Program-made: the position numbers and the translations under genes
Part shown: piece after piece, positions 19,503-28,473 of the stretch
How positions within the stretch are numbered: position 1 is the stretch's first letter
Layout: each line of letters opens with the position of its first letter
Notes under the pieces: generated by a model
Database searches by the model: none
Told to the model about the DNA's origin: nothing
The model's input: the letters and a program-made list of their open reading frames with translations, nothing else
Source: an uncultured Desulfobacterales bacterium
GTDB lineage: Bacteria; Desulfobacterota; Desulfobacteria; Desulfobacterales; B30-G6
DNA: 64,000 nucleotides
Assembly (NCBI GenBank): GCA_964452555.1
Contig: CAYVMI010000006.1
Span: forward strand, 9,880-73,879
Reading direction: 5' to 3'

Positions 19503-20117
19503 TCAAGACTCCTGATGTTCTGTTGTTTCAGTGCCGAAACCCATTGCCCATACCGTTTCCTGATCACCGGGCAAGTTGCGCTGTTGGAAGTAATCAGCTA
19601 AGGCTGCCCGCACCTCCTCGGGCTTGCCCTGAGCCAAATCACTCTTGGCAGACAAATGTTCCGGTATTATTTCAACTACGGCACAGGACTTGGCCATCGG
19701 CATTTCAGCGTGCACCTTGTCAAGCGGAACACCCGGTTCATGTTTTGCCACCAGGGCATTCAGGGCATCGGTTTTGATCGCATCATCTGTCACCACCCCG
19801 GCTTTACCGCGTATGATAATACAGTGATAAAACTGATGCAGCTTACAGGGAGAACTCTGATTGGTGAAACCGGAATCCATGTATGCCAGGGGAATATCCA
19901 CCTGGAATCCAACCCGGTTGTCTTTACGAATATTGTCCAGCTTTTCGCCGGTCAAGGCACAGTGAAAATAGATATTGCCCTTGTGATACACAAAATTCAC
20001 CGGCGTAATGTATGGATACCCATCCGCATCGGTGGTTGCCATGCGGCCGATATTGGCATCGGCCAGTATCTTTTCGATAAGTACCGGATCCGTTACTTCA
20101 CAGGCTTTTCGTTTCAT
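19503..20117 (-). CDS. pyridoxamine 5'-phosphate oxidase-family FMN-binding protein
   Basis: IGRMATTDADGYPYITPVNFVYHKGNIYFHCALTGEKLDNI matches the split-barrel PNPOx-like family. Confidence 0.75.
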   Translation of the reverse strand: MKRKACEVTDPVLIEKILADANIGRMATTDADGYPYITPVNFVYHKGNIYFHCALTGEKLDNIRKDNRVGFQVDIPLAYMDSGFTNQSSPCKLHQFYHCIIIRGKAGVVTDDAIKTDALNALVAKHEPGVPLDKVHAEMPMAKSCAVVEIIPEHLSAKSDLAQGKPEEVRAALADYFQQRNLPGDQETVWAMGFGTETTEHQES

Positions 20118-20147
20118 GCTGCTCCGCTCCTCTAATTAGGATTCAGT

Positions 20148-21371
20148 CTAGCTTGGTTTTAAATTAGTATGGATCTTAACTTTTGATTCCAGTGTCCGGT
20201 GCACCGGGCAACGGTCGGCTATTTCCATTAAACGTTGCAGCTGAGCGGCTGAAAGCGAACCCTTAAGCTCCAATTCACGCTCGATCCAATCCACCATGGG
20301 TTGGTCTGTATCACATGCCTGGCAGTCTTTGGCATGGACTTTCTGGTGGGACAAGGATACCACCACCTCTTCCAATGGCCATTTTTTACGATCGGCATAC
20401 ATGCGCAGGGTCATGGCCGTACAAGCGCCCAACCCGGCCACGAGATAATCATAGGGTGTTGGTCCTAGATTGGTACCACCCACGGACATAGGTTCATCCG
20501 CTACCATGGCCAGACCGTTGGCCATAATTTCGGTTCGGAAGCCCGATTTTCCGATGCGAGCCACGATATGGTTATCGGCGGCATCGCTTTCCGGCTTTTT
20601 CGCCTGGGCCAGGTCAAGGTATTTTCGGACCCAGGAGGCGATCATCGCACCCACGTAACGCGCATCGGCGGCATTCAGAAGTAGATGATCAGCCTGGTCC
20701 AGGGAAATGAAACTTTTGGGATGGCGCGCATATTGAAACAAACGGGCAGCATTATCGATACTAACGGTGTTGTCCAGGGGGGAATGAAAGATCAACAATG
20801 CTTTTCTAAGATTGCGAACCGCTTCTTCCAATTGACCTTCACCTAGATCATCTAAAAATTGTTTTTTAATTCGAAACGGTCTTCCTTCTATGGTGATTTC
20901 AGCCTCGCCTTCACGCACAATCGTTTCACGCTGTTTTTCGAAGTGCCGCATGACATGGGCGGGATCCGATGGTGCCCCAATCACGGCAACCGTCTTGCTG
21001 GCGGGTATATGTTTGGCGGCCTTCAGCACTGCGGCACCACCCAGAGAATGACCAATTAAGATCTTCGGGGCCTCATATGCCTGAGCCAGAAAATCAGCCG
21101 CGGCCACAAGATCGGTTACATTGGTAGAAAAATTGGTATCGGCAAAATCACCTTCACTCTCACCCAGACCGGTAAAATCAAATCGTAAGACCGCCACCCG
21201 TTCACGGGTCAATGCCCGGCTGATGTAATTAACGGACTTGAGGTTTTTGCTGCAGGTAAAGCAATGGGCAAACAAAGCATAAGCCTCAGGCCGGCCGTCG
21301 GCCGGCAAATCCAGCCGCGCGGACAACCGATTCCCGCCGCTGCCTTTAAAGTTCAGATTCTTGCTTGACAT
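20148..21371 (-). CDS. alpha/beta hydrolase fused to OsmC-family domain
   Basis: GHSLGG nucleophile elbow in the N-terminal half. C-terminal OsmC-like region with GLGACTAMT and CPVHRTL. Confidence 0.8.
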   Translation of the reverse strand: MSSKNLNFKGSGGNRLSARLDLPADGRPEAYALFAHCFTCSKNLKSVNYISRALTRERVAVLRFDFTGLGESEGDFADTNFSTNVTDLVAAADFLAQAYEAPKILIGHSLGGAAVLKAAKHIPASKTVAVIGAPSDPAHVMRHFEKQRETIVREGEAEITIEGRPFRIKKQFLDDLGEGQLEEAVRNLRKALLIFHSPLDNTVSIDNAARLFQYARHPKSFISLDQADHLLLNAADARYVGAMIASWVRKYLDLAQAKKPESDAADNHIVARIGKSGFRTEIMANGLAMVADEPMSVGGTNLGPTPYDYLVAGLGACTAMTLRMYADRKKWPLEEVVVSLSHQKVHAKDCQACDTDQPMVDWIERELELKGSLSAAQLQRLMEIADRCPVHRTLESKVKIHTNLKPS

Positions 21372-21420
21372 GACACCCCCCTATGGATGTGAATCCGGGC
21401 GTTGGGTAATATCGAACTCA

Positions 21421-21660
21421 AAATTCGGTTGTCGCACAAAGGTGACGTGAAATGAACAATCCATCGGGGATTTTCGCTGTTTGAGCCGTTTAGGGATCTT
21501 TACATCAGCACCTGATAACACCCTTTTGATGCGTGAACGCAATCGGAATGGATCCTAATGAATTTAAGCAGTTAGCCAATGCTGACGTTAAGAGCCCTTG
21601 CGGCGAGTTCGAACAACGCTGACGGATTATTCATTTCTCGTCACCTGATTTCCGAAATTT
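21421..21660. repeat. MITE-like palindromic element, family A copy 1
   Basis: About 240 nt with terminal inverted repeats of about 40 nt (AAATTCGG...GGTGACGTGAAATGAACAATCC versus GGATTATTCATTTCTCGTCACC...CCGAAATTT). The flanks are highly similar to 40579-40819 while the centre diverges. Confidence 0.7.
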
Positions 21661-22173
21661 GAGTTGTAATAAATAGACGGTATCTACCTGTATATCACTT
21701 CCTAATATGAAGCTTTTCTTACCGATCTTCTTATAACCACAGCGCTCATAAAACCTTTGGGCGCGTAAATTTTGATCCCAAACACCCAACCAAACAGATT
21801 CATAGCCTTGCTGACGACATTCCTGCAAGGTCAGTTGCATGAGTTGTGATCCAAGACCCTGGCCGAGCAAATGCGAGGCCACATAAATTCGACTTAACTG
21901 CACCGGTTTTATGGCGGCATCATAATCCGGCGGCGGCACGGCTTCGAGCTTAACATATCCCACCAACTGATCATCCGCATGAGCCAATAAATAAATCACT
22001 TCCGGATTTATCAGCTCGTCTTGTATCCGGGGCGTTGAAAAGCATGCATCCAGATAGGCGCGCATGTCTTCAGGGGTATTATCCGGTCCAAAGGCGGTTT
22101 CAAATGTCTGTCTGGCAAAATCGGCAATAACGGTTGCATCTGTAAGGGATGCTTTTCGCAGAATCAGGTTCAC
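21631..22173 (-). CDS. GNAT-family N-acetyltransferase
   Basis: The RIYVASHLLGQGLGSQLM...RFYERCGY acetyl-CoA-binding pattern. The last 9 codons lie inside repeat A1. Confidence 0.8.
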   Translation of the reverse strand: MNLILRKASLTDATVIADFARQTFETAFGPDNTPEDMRAYLDACFSTPRIQDELINPEVIYLLAHADDQLVGYVKLEAVPPPDYDAAIKPVQLSRIYVASHLLGQGLGSQLMQLTLQECRQQGYESVWLGVWDQNLRAQRFYERCGYKKIGKKSFILGSDIQVDTVYLLQLKFRKSGDEK

Positions 22174-23150
22174 CGATTCATCACCGTGGCCGTCTGGCTT
22201 GCAGATCCGTTTGTCGTGGCTGGTGTATTCGGTTTTATGTCCGCTTCCGCAATACTGAAAAACTGCATGGCATTTTCCTTAAAAAGTTTGATTCGGTTTT
22301 CTTCCGAGAGTTCAGCCGCCATGAGTTGCTTGATCTCCCGATCCCAGGCATAAGGAATATTGGGGTAATCCGATCCATACATGATGCGATCGAGTCTCAT
22401 GGATTTCCAGTGGATTTCCCGGTTAAGCGGGAGAAAATCGGCACAGGCCACCGAGGTGTCCAGCCAGAGCGTATCGTATTGCTCGATTAAGCAACGATAG
22501 GGCTCAAATTCATCCATCCCCAAGTGGGGAACGCAGATCCGTAATCGCGGATAGGCCTTGAGAACCGCTTCCAGTTTATCGGCCCGGCATAGCACATAGG
22601 GATCGCATAGATACTGTTCGCTTTTGGGCTCTCTGCCTACGTGCATGACCAAGGGCTTATTGTTTTGGACGCAGGTGTCGTAGATCGGTCCCATCTCGGG
22701 GCCATTCATATCAAAACACTGCACATGCGCATGCAATTTTACGCCCTTCAATCCTCCGGCAAAGGCATCTTCCAAGATACTAGCGGCGTCCTTTTCTCCC
22801 GGAAATACGGTTGCCATACCGGTAACACGGCCGGGAAATTGTTGACACGTTTTGATCATATATTGATTTAGATCCCGGGCCATTCCGGATTTGTGGGCAT
22901 ATTGAAGCGCAACAACATGGACGACACCCCGGCTGAAAAGAAATTCCAGCAAGGCAGCAGTCTTGCCTTTATAACGAATGGGCCAGGCAAAGTGCTCGAA
23001 CCACTCCCAGAGGGCATTAAAGATGGGGCTGGGAAATATGTGCACGTGACTATCTATGATCGGCGGTAGACCAGGGGGAACCAGCTGGCCTTCTTTATCA
23101 CCAACAGCAGGTATGGGCAGGATGGGTCGGTTCAGGTCATTCATTCTCAA
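22170..23150 (-). CDS. amidohydrolase-2 (TIM-barrel metal-dependent hydrolase) family protein
   Basis: N-terminal IIDSHVHIF, later HLG/HVG His motifs and a C-terminal GSDYP motif. Confidence 0.75.
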   Translation of the reverse strand: MRMNDLNRPILPIPAVGDKEGQLVPPGLPPIIDSHVHIFPSPIFNALWEWFEHFAWPIRYKGKTAALLEFLFSRGVVHVVALQYAHKSGMARDLNQYMIKTCQQFPGRVTGMATVFPGEKDAASILEDAFAGGLKGVKLHAHVQCFDMNGPEMGPIYDTCVQNNKPLVMHVGREPKSEQYLCDPYVLCRADKLEAVLKAYPRLRICVPHLGMDEFEPYRCLIEQYDTLWLDTSVACADFLPLNREIHWKSMRLDRIMYGSDYPNIPYAWDREIKQLMAAELSEENRIKLFKENAMQFFSIAEADIKPNTPATTNGSASQTATVMNR

Positions 23151-23619
23151 TTGGATCCAATTTCAAAGCAAGATACTGCGCATCCGGCAAGGGATTATGA
23201 TAATAGGGTTTGATTTGCTTGAATCCCAGCGATCGATAAAGAGCCAAAGCACTGTGCATGGTTGCAAGGGTATCCAGCACCATTTCTCCATAGCCCATTT
23301 GTCTCCCCTTTTGGATTATTTGGTCACATAAGGCTGTGCCAATTCCCAAACCTCGGAAATCCGGGCGTACGTACAATCGCTTCATCTCGCATCGATGGCC
23401 TTCAAGCTTGCGCAAACCCACACACCCTGCCGTCACGCCGTCATTTTCGGCCAGATAAAGGGCACCGGCCGGCGGCATATACATATCGGCAATATGGCGG
23501 CGCTCATTGTCGTAGTTTTGGAATGTCAGATCAATGTTTAAAGCGGCCACATATTCATCAAAAAGCGTTTGGACGGCTTGAATGTTGTCCGGTTTTTTGA
23601 CCTGCATTAATTGGAGCAT
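23137..23619 (-). CDS. GNAT-family N-acetyltransferase
   Basis: [25 protein letters not shown]...[10 protein letters not shown]. Confidence 0.8.
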   Translation of the reverse strand: MLQLMQVKKPDNIQAVQTLFDEYVAALNIDLTFQNYDNERRHIADMYMPPAGALYLAENDGVTAGCVGLRKLEGHRCEMKRLYVRPDFRGLGIGTALCDQIIQKGRQMGYGEMVLDTLATMHSALALYRSLGFKQIKPYYHNPLPDAQYLALKLDPIENE

Positions 23620-24452
23620 TCCGTAAAGACCCTTCCCAGCAGCTGCATATGTTTTTTCTCCATTTGGGAAATGGATAAAAAGGCGGCCTGGGCCGAAGCA
23701 TCGTCCAATTCATTGGCCAGATTTCTATACAGATCATATGCCTGTATTTCAATGCTTAAGGCAAACTCCATCAGGGTCATACAGGTTTGCTGCGGTAATA
23801 CGGATAAGCGCTCAATCACATCTGCCAGTTTTTCACCACCCTCCATGATTTCGCCGTCTAGACCGGCATACACCGTCTCAAAAGATTGGGCCTCTGCCTG
23901 GGTTCGTTGCCAATAAGTGTAGATCGTTTTGGCATGAGCTTCTTCGGCCAATGATAAGGTTTTTATCGTATCGGCATAAGCTTTATCGGCGTGACCCTGC
24001 AAGATCGTTTCATAAAACCGCTGGGCCGCCTTCTCCAGATTCATGGCCGTCATCATCATTTCCGCAAACGCTTGATCCTTTCTGAAGACATCCAATTTGG
24101 GAAAATCAGGTAGCGTCTGACCATCCCAGCCCATGATACCGCCCGTCAAGTTATATACCTTTTTTATCGGAACCCCTTCATCCAGGGAAATAATGGCCGC
24201 CGCCTGCGACCGGGCACCGCTATGTCAATAGAAGAAAACATCTTTATCAGCCGGCAATGCGCCTAGATTGGCCTCCAGGTTGTCCAGGGGCATAAGCTTG
24301 GCTCCGGGGATATGCACCTCTGCATATTCTTCCGGCTGGCGAACATCCACAAGCAGATACGACTTTTCATCATGATCATTTTGGTACTGTCGAAATGCCG
24401 CAGGGCTCATGTTTTCAAAATCCATAACCCCCATGATGTGCTCCTTTCCCAA
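23607..24452 (-). CDS. rhodanese-domain selenoprotein (UGA=Sec at active-site loop) fused to ferritin-like domain
   Basis: ORFs 24225..24452 and 23607..24149 share one frame. Read-through of the TGA at 24225-24227 gives [19 protein letters not shown]...[22 protein letters not shown]...LTGGIMGW, a complete rhodanese with U at the CxxGxR(S/T) Cys. See findings. Confidence 0.75.
24195..24218 (-). promoter_or_regulatory. candidate SECIS stem-loop for rhodanese UGA
   Basis: GC-rich imperfect stem (GGUGCCCG / CGGCGGCC with two bulges) starting 7 nt after the UGA, with an apical loop GUCGCAGG. Hand-folded only. Confidence 0.4.
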
Positions 24453-24545
24453 AAACAGATTGAGAGATTGCTATGTCTGCTGCAGAATAAATTACAATAT
24501 CAAACAGTTATAGTGATTTATTCTATAAAACGGTTCTCTATCAAT

Positions 24546-25415
24546 CTATTTTATGAATGTGCCTGCCGCATACTCCTCAAACGCAATGCGCAACTCTTCC
24601 TGCGTATTCATCACGATCGGCCCTCGCCAGGCTACCGGTTCCCGCAACGGCCGACCGGAAATAAGTAAAAAGCGAACCGATTCAGCACCGGTACGAACGG
24701 TCAGGACCTCCCCATCCTGAAACAGTACCAGGGTGCCGTCATCCACAACCTCCGCAATATCGCTTTCAGCTTCAGCAGCTTCCGCAAAAAAGCCTTTGCC
24801 CTCAAAAACGTAAGCAAAAACAGTATGCCCTTTAGGTGTGGGGTGCCTCACAACCTGTCCTGGGGGGATATGGATGTCCAGATAAGCCGGATCGATGAAT
24901 ACTTCCTGGACCGGTCCTTGGGTGCCGTAAGCTTCACCACAAATGATGCGGACCGTTGTCCCGTTTTCGAGGATCACTTCAGGAATCTGCTCGCTTTTTA
25001 CATCTCGGTATCGTGGTTGGGTCATTTTTTGACTCGCCGGCAGGTTGGCCCACAGCTGAAATCCGCCCATGCGGCCGGCAGAATCGCCTTTGGGCATCTC
25101 CTGGTGGATGATGCCACTGCCGGCCGTCATCCATTGAACGTCGCCGACTGTAATCTCACCGGAATTTCCCAGACTATCGCCGTGCTCCACAGTTCCGGCC
25201 ACCATATAGGTGATGGTTTCGATGCCCCGATGGGGGTGCCAGGGAAATCCTTTTAAATAAAGATCTGGATTGTCCGAACGAAAATCATCCAGCAGCAGAA
25301 AAGGGTCAAACAGTTTGGTGTTGCCAAATCCGAAAACCCGGTTGAGGTGGACCCCGGCGCCTTCTACGGTGGGCTGGCTCTTGACAATGCGATCTATCTT
25401 TCGTTGTTGTGACAT
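24546..25415 (-). CDS. pirin-family protein
   Basis: GFPWHPHRGIETITYM and HGDSLGN...GDVQWMTAGSGIIHQE are diagnostic pirin motifs. Confidence 0.9.
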   Translation of the reverse strand: MSQQRKIDRIVKSQPTVEGAGVHLNRVFGFGNTKLFDPFLLLDDFRSDNPDLYLKGFPWHPHRGIETITYMVAGTVEHGDSLGNSGEITVGDVQWMTAGSGIIHQEMPKGDSAGRMGGFQLWANLPASQKMTQPRYRDVKSEQIPEVILENGTTVRIICGEAYGTQGPVQEVFIDPAYLDIHIPPGQVVRHPTPKGHTVFAYVFEGKGFFAEAAEAESDIAEVVDDGTLVLFQDGEVLTVRTGAESVRFLLISGRPLREPVAWRGPIVMNTQEELRIAFEEYAAGTFIK

Positions 25416-25469
25416 GGGTATTCTCCTTAACCTGCAAATTTCATAAAATATTCGGGTTAAGATTGCCCC

Positions 25470-25877
25470 CTAATCCCCTGGCAGGTTGACTTGTATTTCC
25501 TTGCCGCCATAGCCATGTATTGAATCATGCGCGCGAAAGATTACCTGCCGTATGGTTGCCGGAACTTTCACCCCGGATAAACTGCGTGTGAAGGGCTGCT
25601 CGTTGACATGCGGGTGCATCAATGTCCTTACACCCAGGATATCGCCATCCAATGTCAGCACCTCCCACTTGTCGGCATAGTGTTTCCAGCCGGTGTCGGC
25701 ATGCTGCACGCTGACATCAAATCGATAACTACCCTGCCCCTCGCGGGTAACTTTTACGTCCATGACATCGGCTTCACCGGCATAGGACCACAGAGCAGGT
25801 AATACCAACATCATCAGGACCAGTACCGTTAATAGGAACCCTTGCTTTATGTTCAAACGGCTTTGCAGATTATTCAT
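25470..25877 (-). CDS. hypothetical secreted protein
   Basis: The ATG at 25877 (MNNLQSRLN...) is followed by the signal-like segment LLTVLVLMMLVLPALWSYAG. No family recognised. Confidence 0.5.
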   Translation of the reverse strand: MNNLQSRLNIKQGFLLTVLVLMMLVLPALWSYAGEADVMDVKVTREGQGSYRFDVSVQHADTGWKHYADKWEVLTLDGDILGVRTLMHPHVNEQPFTRSLSGVKVPATIRQVIFRAHDSIHGYGGKEIQVNLPGD

Positions 25878-26060
25878 TTTACTCACCTGTATCCGACAAA
25901 TTGAGCTCGTCTCGTGTCCCATAACGAACCTGCATTTCTTTTTCGACTTTCAACGCGATCCAAATTCCGGGTTTTCGCGATCTGCGGATCAGTATAAGAG
26001 CATTGTTCGAGATGTTTACGGTACTAGAATTTTGTATCTTATTTATATGACACGATAATA

Positions 26061-26203
26061 GGGGCTCTTTCTAAATTAGGATTTTGGTTCAAGATCAAGG
26101 CGGCCGAAGGTTTCAATCCGCAGGAATACTCGTAGTATTTTGAGGAGTTGAAACGCGAGGCCAACAAAGATATTGATTCAAAACACAATTTAGAACGAGT
26201 CCC
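26061..26203. repeat. long imperfect palindrome, family B copy
   Basis: The core 26077-26173 is about 85% identical to 55885-55981. Copy-specific outer arms GGGGCTCTTTCTAAATT / AATTTAGAACGAGTCCC pair with each other. The right arm abuts the rsgA stop codon (26203-26205). Confidence 0.7.
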
Positions 26204-27213
26204 TAGAATTTATTCTTTTTGACCTTCATGACCGATTTGACCATCTTCCCGAACTGCTTATCCTTTTTCTTTTTCTCCAGATAGGACATTTCATGGAATA
26301 TCGATTCTTTTTTCATCTTAATATAGTTCTGATACCGCTTATTGGAAAGGGATCCTGCAGCGACTGCTGCCAGAACAGCACAATCACTTTCCTGGGTATG
26401 GGAGCAATCTTGATAGCGGCAATCAACCGACAGTTCTTCAATGTCTTGAAAAGCACTTTGCAATCCGGTTTCTACGGCGATATTACCCAATTCGCGCATC
26501 CCCGGTGTGTCAATGATCATGGCCTGACTGGGTAAGGTGATCAGTTGTCGGCGGGTTGTGGCATGACGACCTTTACTGTCCTTTGCTCGAACCTGACGCG
26601 TGTTAAATTTGTCTTCTTCCACAAGCTGGTTTAGTAAAGATGTTTTACCCACACCAGAGGACCCCAGCAAACAATAAACCTTCTGCGGCATGAGCATCTG
26701 CCTTAGATCCTCAATTCCATCACCGGTCTTGTTGCTAATGGCTCTAACCTCGATATCCGCATAGAGGTTCTTTATGGCCACCACTTTTTCCTGGATGGCA
26801 CCGGTCGCCAGCAAATCACTTTTACTCAGCAAGACAACCGGGTGAATACCGGCATCATAAATCATGACCATATAGCGTTCCAAACGGCGTAAATTGTAAT
26901 TGTGATCCAAAGACTGGACAATGAAGGCGGTATCGATATTGGCGGCGATGAGCTGGTGCGATATTTTCTTGCCGGCGGTTTTGCGTTTTAAAATGGTTTT
27001 GCGGTCATTTACCGCATGAATCATGGCCTGGGAATTTTGATTTACAAATTGAACCCGGACCCAATCTCCCACCGCAGGGTAGTCCAGGGGGCTTTCCACA
27101 CTGAACATCAATTTGCCGGTCATCTCCGCCGGAATCTCCTTGTTACCGTGGGCCACCACAAACCGCTCCCGATCAACAACAATAATTCGAGCTATATCTA
27201 ATTCATTATTCAT
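26203..27213 (-). CDS. rsgA: ribosome small-subunit-dependent GTPase A
   Basis: Circularly permuted GTPase: LLSKSDL (NKxD-like), then GSSGVGKTSLLN, and a C-terminal zinc motif CRYQDCSHTQESDCAV. Confidence 0.85.
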   Translation of the reverse strand: MNNELDIARIIVVDRERFVVAHGNKEIPAEMTGKLMFSVESPLDYPAVGDWVRVQFVNQNSQAMIHAVNDRKTILKRKTAGKKISHQLIAANIDTAFIVQSLDHNYNLRRLERYMVMIYDAGIHPVVLLSKSDLLATGAIQEKVVAIKNLYADIEVRAISNKTGDGIEDLRQMLMPQKVYCLLGSSGVGKTSLLNQLVEEDKFNTRQVRAKDSKGRHATTRRQLITLPSQAMIIDTPGMRELGNIAVETGLQSAFQDIEELSVDCRYQDCSHTQESDCAVLAAVAAGSLSNKRYQNYIKMKKESIFHEMSYLEKKKKDKQFGKMVKSVMKVKKNKF

Positions 27214-27251
27214 AGACGAATGCTAAGAAATCTATGAACCCTTGTCAACGC

Positions 27252-27278
27252 CCACTGACCATTTCGGTGGCTTATGAT
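27252..27278 (+). repeat. family D motif: short hairpin + CTTATGAT
   Basis: CCACTGAC-CAT-TTCGGTGG followed by CTTATGAT. Related copies lie at 50874-50900 and 52641-52667. Confidence 0.45.
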
Positions 27279-27563
27279 TGCAGTCAAAATAAAGAAATCG
27301 TGTGATTCTGACTTATCTGGAATCAGACCCTCCTGCTTTTCTTGCGATTCACAGCTCTGTCACCAAGATTTCTTTGAATCTTTCCAGGCAAAGGGCCATA
27401 AATAAAACTTATCGACTCTGGCCTAGAGGGAGACTCGAAGAGTAGGCTTTGTGTCACGACTTCTGGAATGATATAAATACCCAAGCTTGTATTTCCATTA
27501 CGCATTGATTATACCCAATTAAAATTTTCATTCTATTTTAGACCTATTTATGGAGGACATGTC

Positions 27564-28370
27564 ATGAACGAAAAAAGCTTAATCAAGCTTGAAAAACAAG
27601 ACCACATCGCCTGGGTCACGCTGAATAGACCGGAGAAACGTAATGCCCTTAACATTCAGATGCTGGAACAGATGGTGGCGGCATTCCATCAAATGGACCA
27701 GGATCCCGATATTCGCGCCATCATTCTTAAAGGTGAAGGCAAGTGCTTTTGCGCCGGTGTGGAACTGGGTGACCTGGCTGCTCTGATCGAAAAAAAGTCA
27801 GCCGATTACCGCGAACGGCTACGACGAACCATACTTTACGGCCAAACCAGCACCAATATCCTCGAGCTTTGCAATAAACCAGTGATTCTGGCCGCCCACA
27901 GTTATTGTATCGGAGGCGGCGTGGATATCGCTTGTGCCTGCGACATCCGTATTGCCAGCAGAGATGCGGTGTTCTCGGTGCGTGAAACTAAATTGGCCCT
28001 GGTTGCCGACCTGGGCACGCTGCAACGTTTACCCCGAATCGTTGGCGAGCCTTGGGCCCGTGAGCTCTGCTTGACCGGCAGAAACTTTTCAGGTGAAGAA
28101 GCCTACCGCATCGGTTTTGTGACCCATCTCCTCGAAGACCAGGAGGCTTTATTTCAAAAGGCTCAAGAGCTGGCTCAAGAAATAGCTGACAATTCCCCCC
28201 TGGCCGTTCAAGGCGTTAAAGACACCTTACGCTTCACCAGCGATCATGGGACGACCGCCGGTCTTAAATACGTGGCCCAAAAAAATGCCGCCCAGCTTAT
28301 CTGTGATGATGGCATCGAGGCTGTAACCGCCGCCATTGAAAAACGTAAGCCTGTATTCAAAGGCAAATAA
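27564..28370 (+). CDS. enoyl-CoA hydratase/isomerase family protein
   Basis: The crotonase pattern ILKGEGKCFCAGVEL and HSYCIGGGVDIACACDIRIAS, at 268 aa. Confidence 0.85.
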   Translation: MNEKSLIKLEKQDHIAWVTLNRPEKRNALNIQMLEQMVAAFHQMDQDPDIRAIILKGEGKCFCAGVELGDLAALIEKKSADYRERLRRTILYGQTSTNILELCNKPVILAAHSYCIGGGVDIACACDIRIASRDAVFSVRETKLALVADLGTLQRLPRIVGEPWARELCLTGRNFSGEEAYRIGFVTHLLEDQEALFQKAQELAQEIADNSPLAVQGVKDTLRFTSDHGTTAGLKYVAQKNAAQLICDDGIEAVTAAIEKRKPVFKGK

Positions 28371-28473
28371 AAAAATAAAATCACGTCACATTTGGTCCTT
28401 TAGAGTCTCTAATCATATTAGAAGTCTATAAATCGATTAGAACACTTCGCCAAACGATTTTATTTTTATAATT

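Noticed and set aside
27268-27283. TGGCTTATGATTGCA within family D copy 1 as a sigma-54 promoter
   Set aside because: The GG-to-GC spacing is one nucleotide short of the consensus. The TTGC part is absent from the other two copies of the motif.
27323-27505. 60-aa minus-strand ORF, or a possible small RNA, in the 350-nt gap upstream of the crotonase gene
   Set aside because: There is no RBS or family signal for the ORF. I could not hand-fold a convincing conserved structure, so it is left unannotated.
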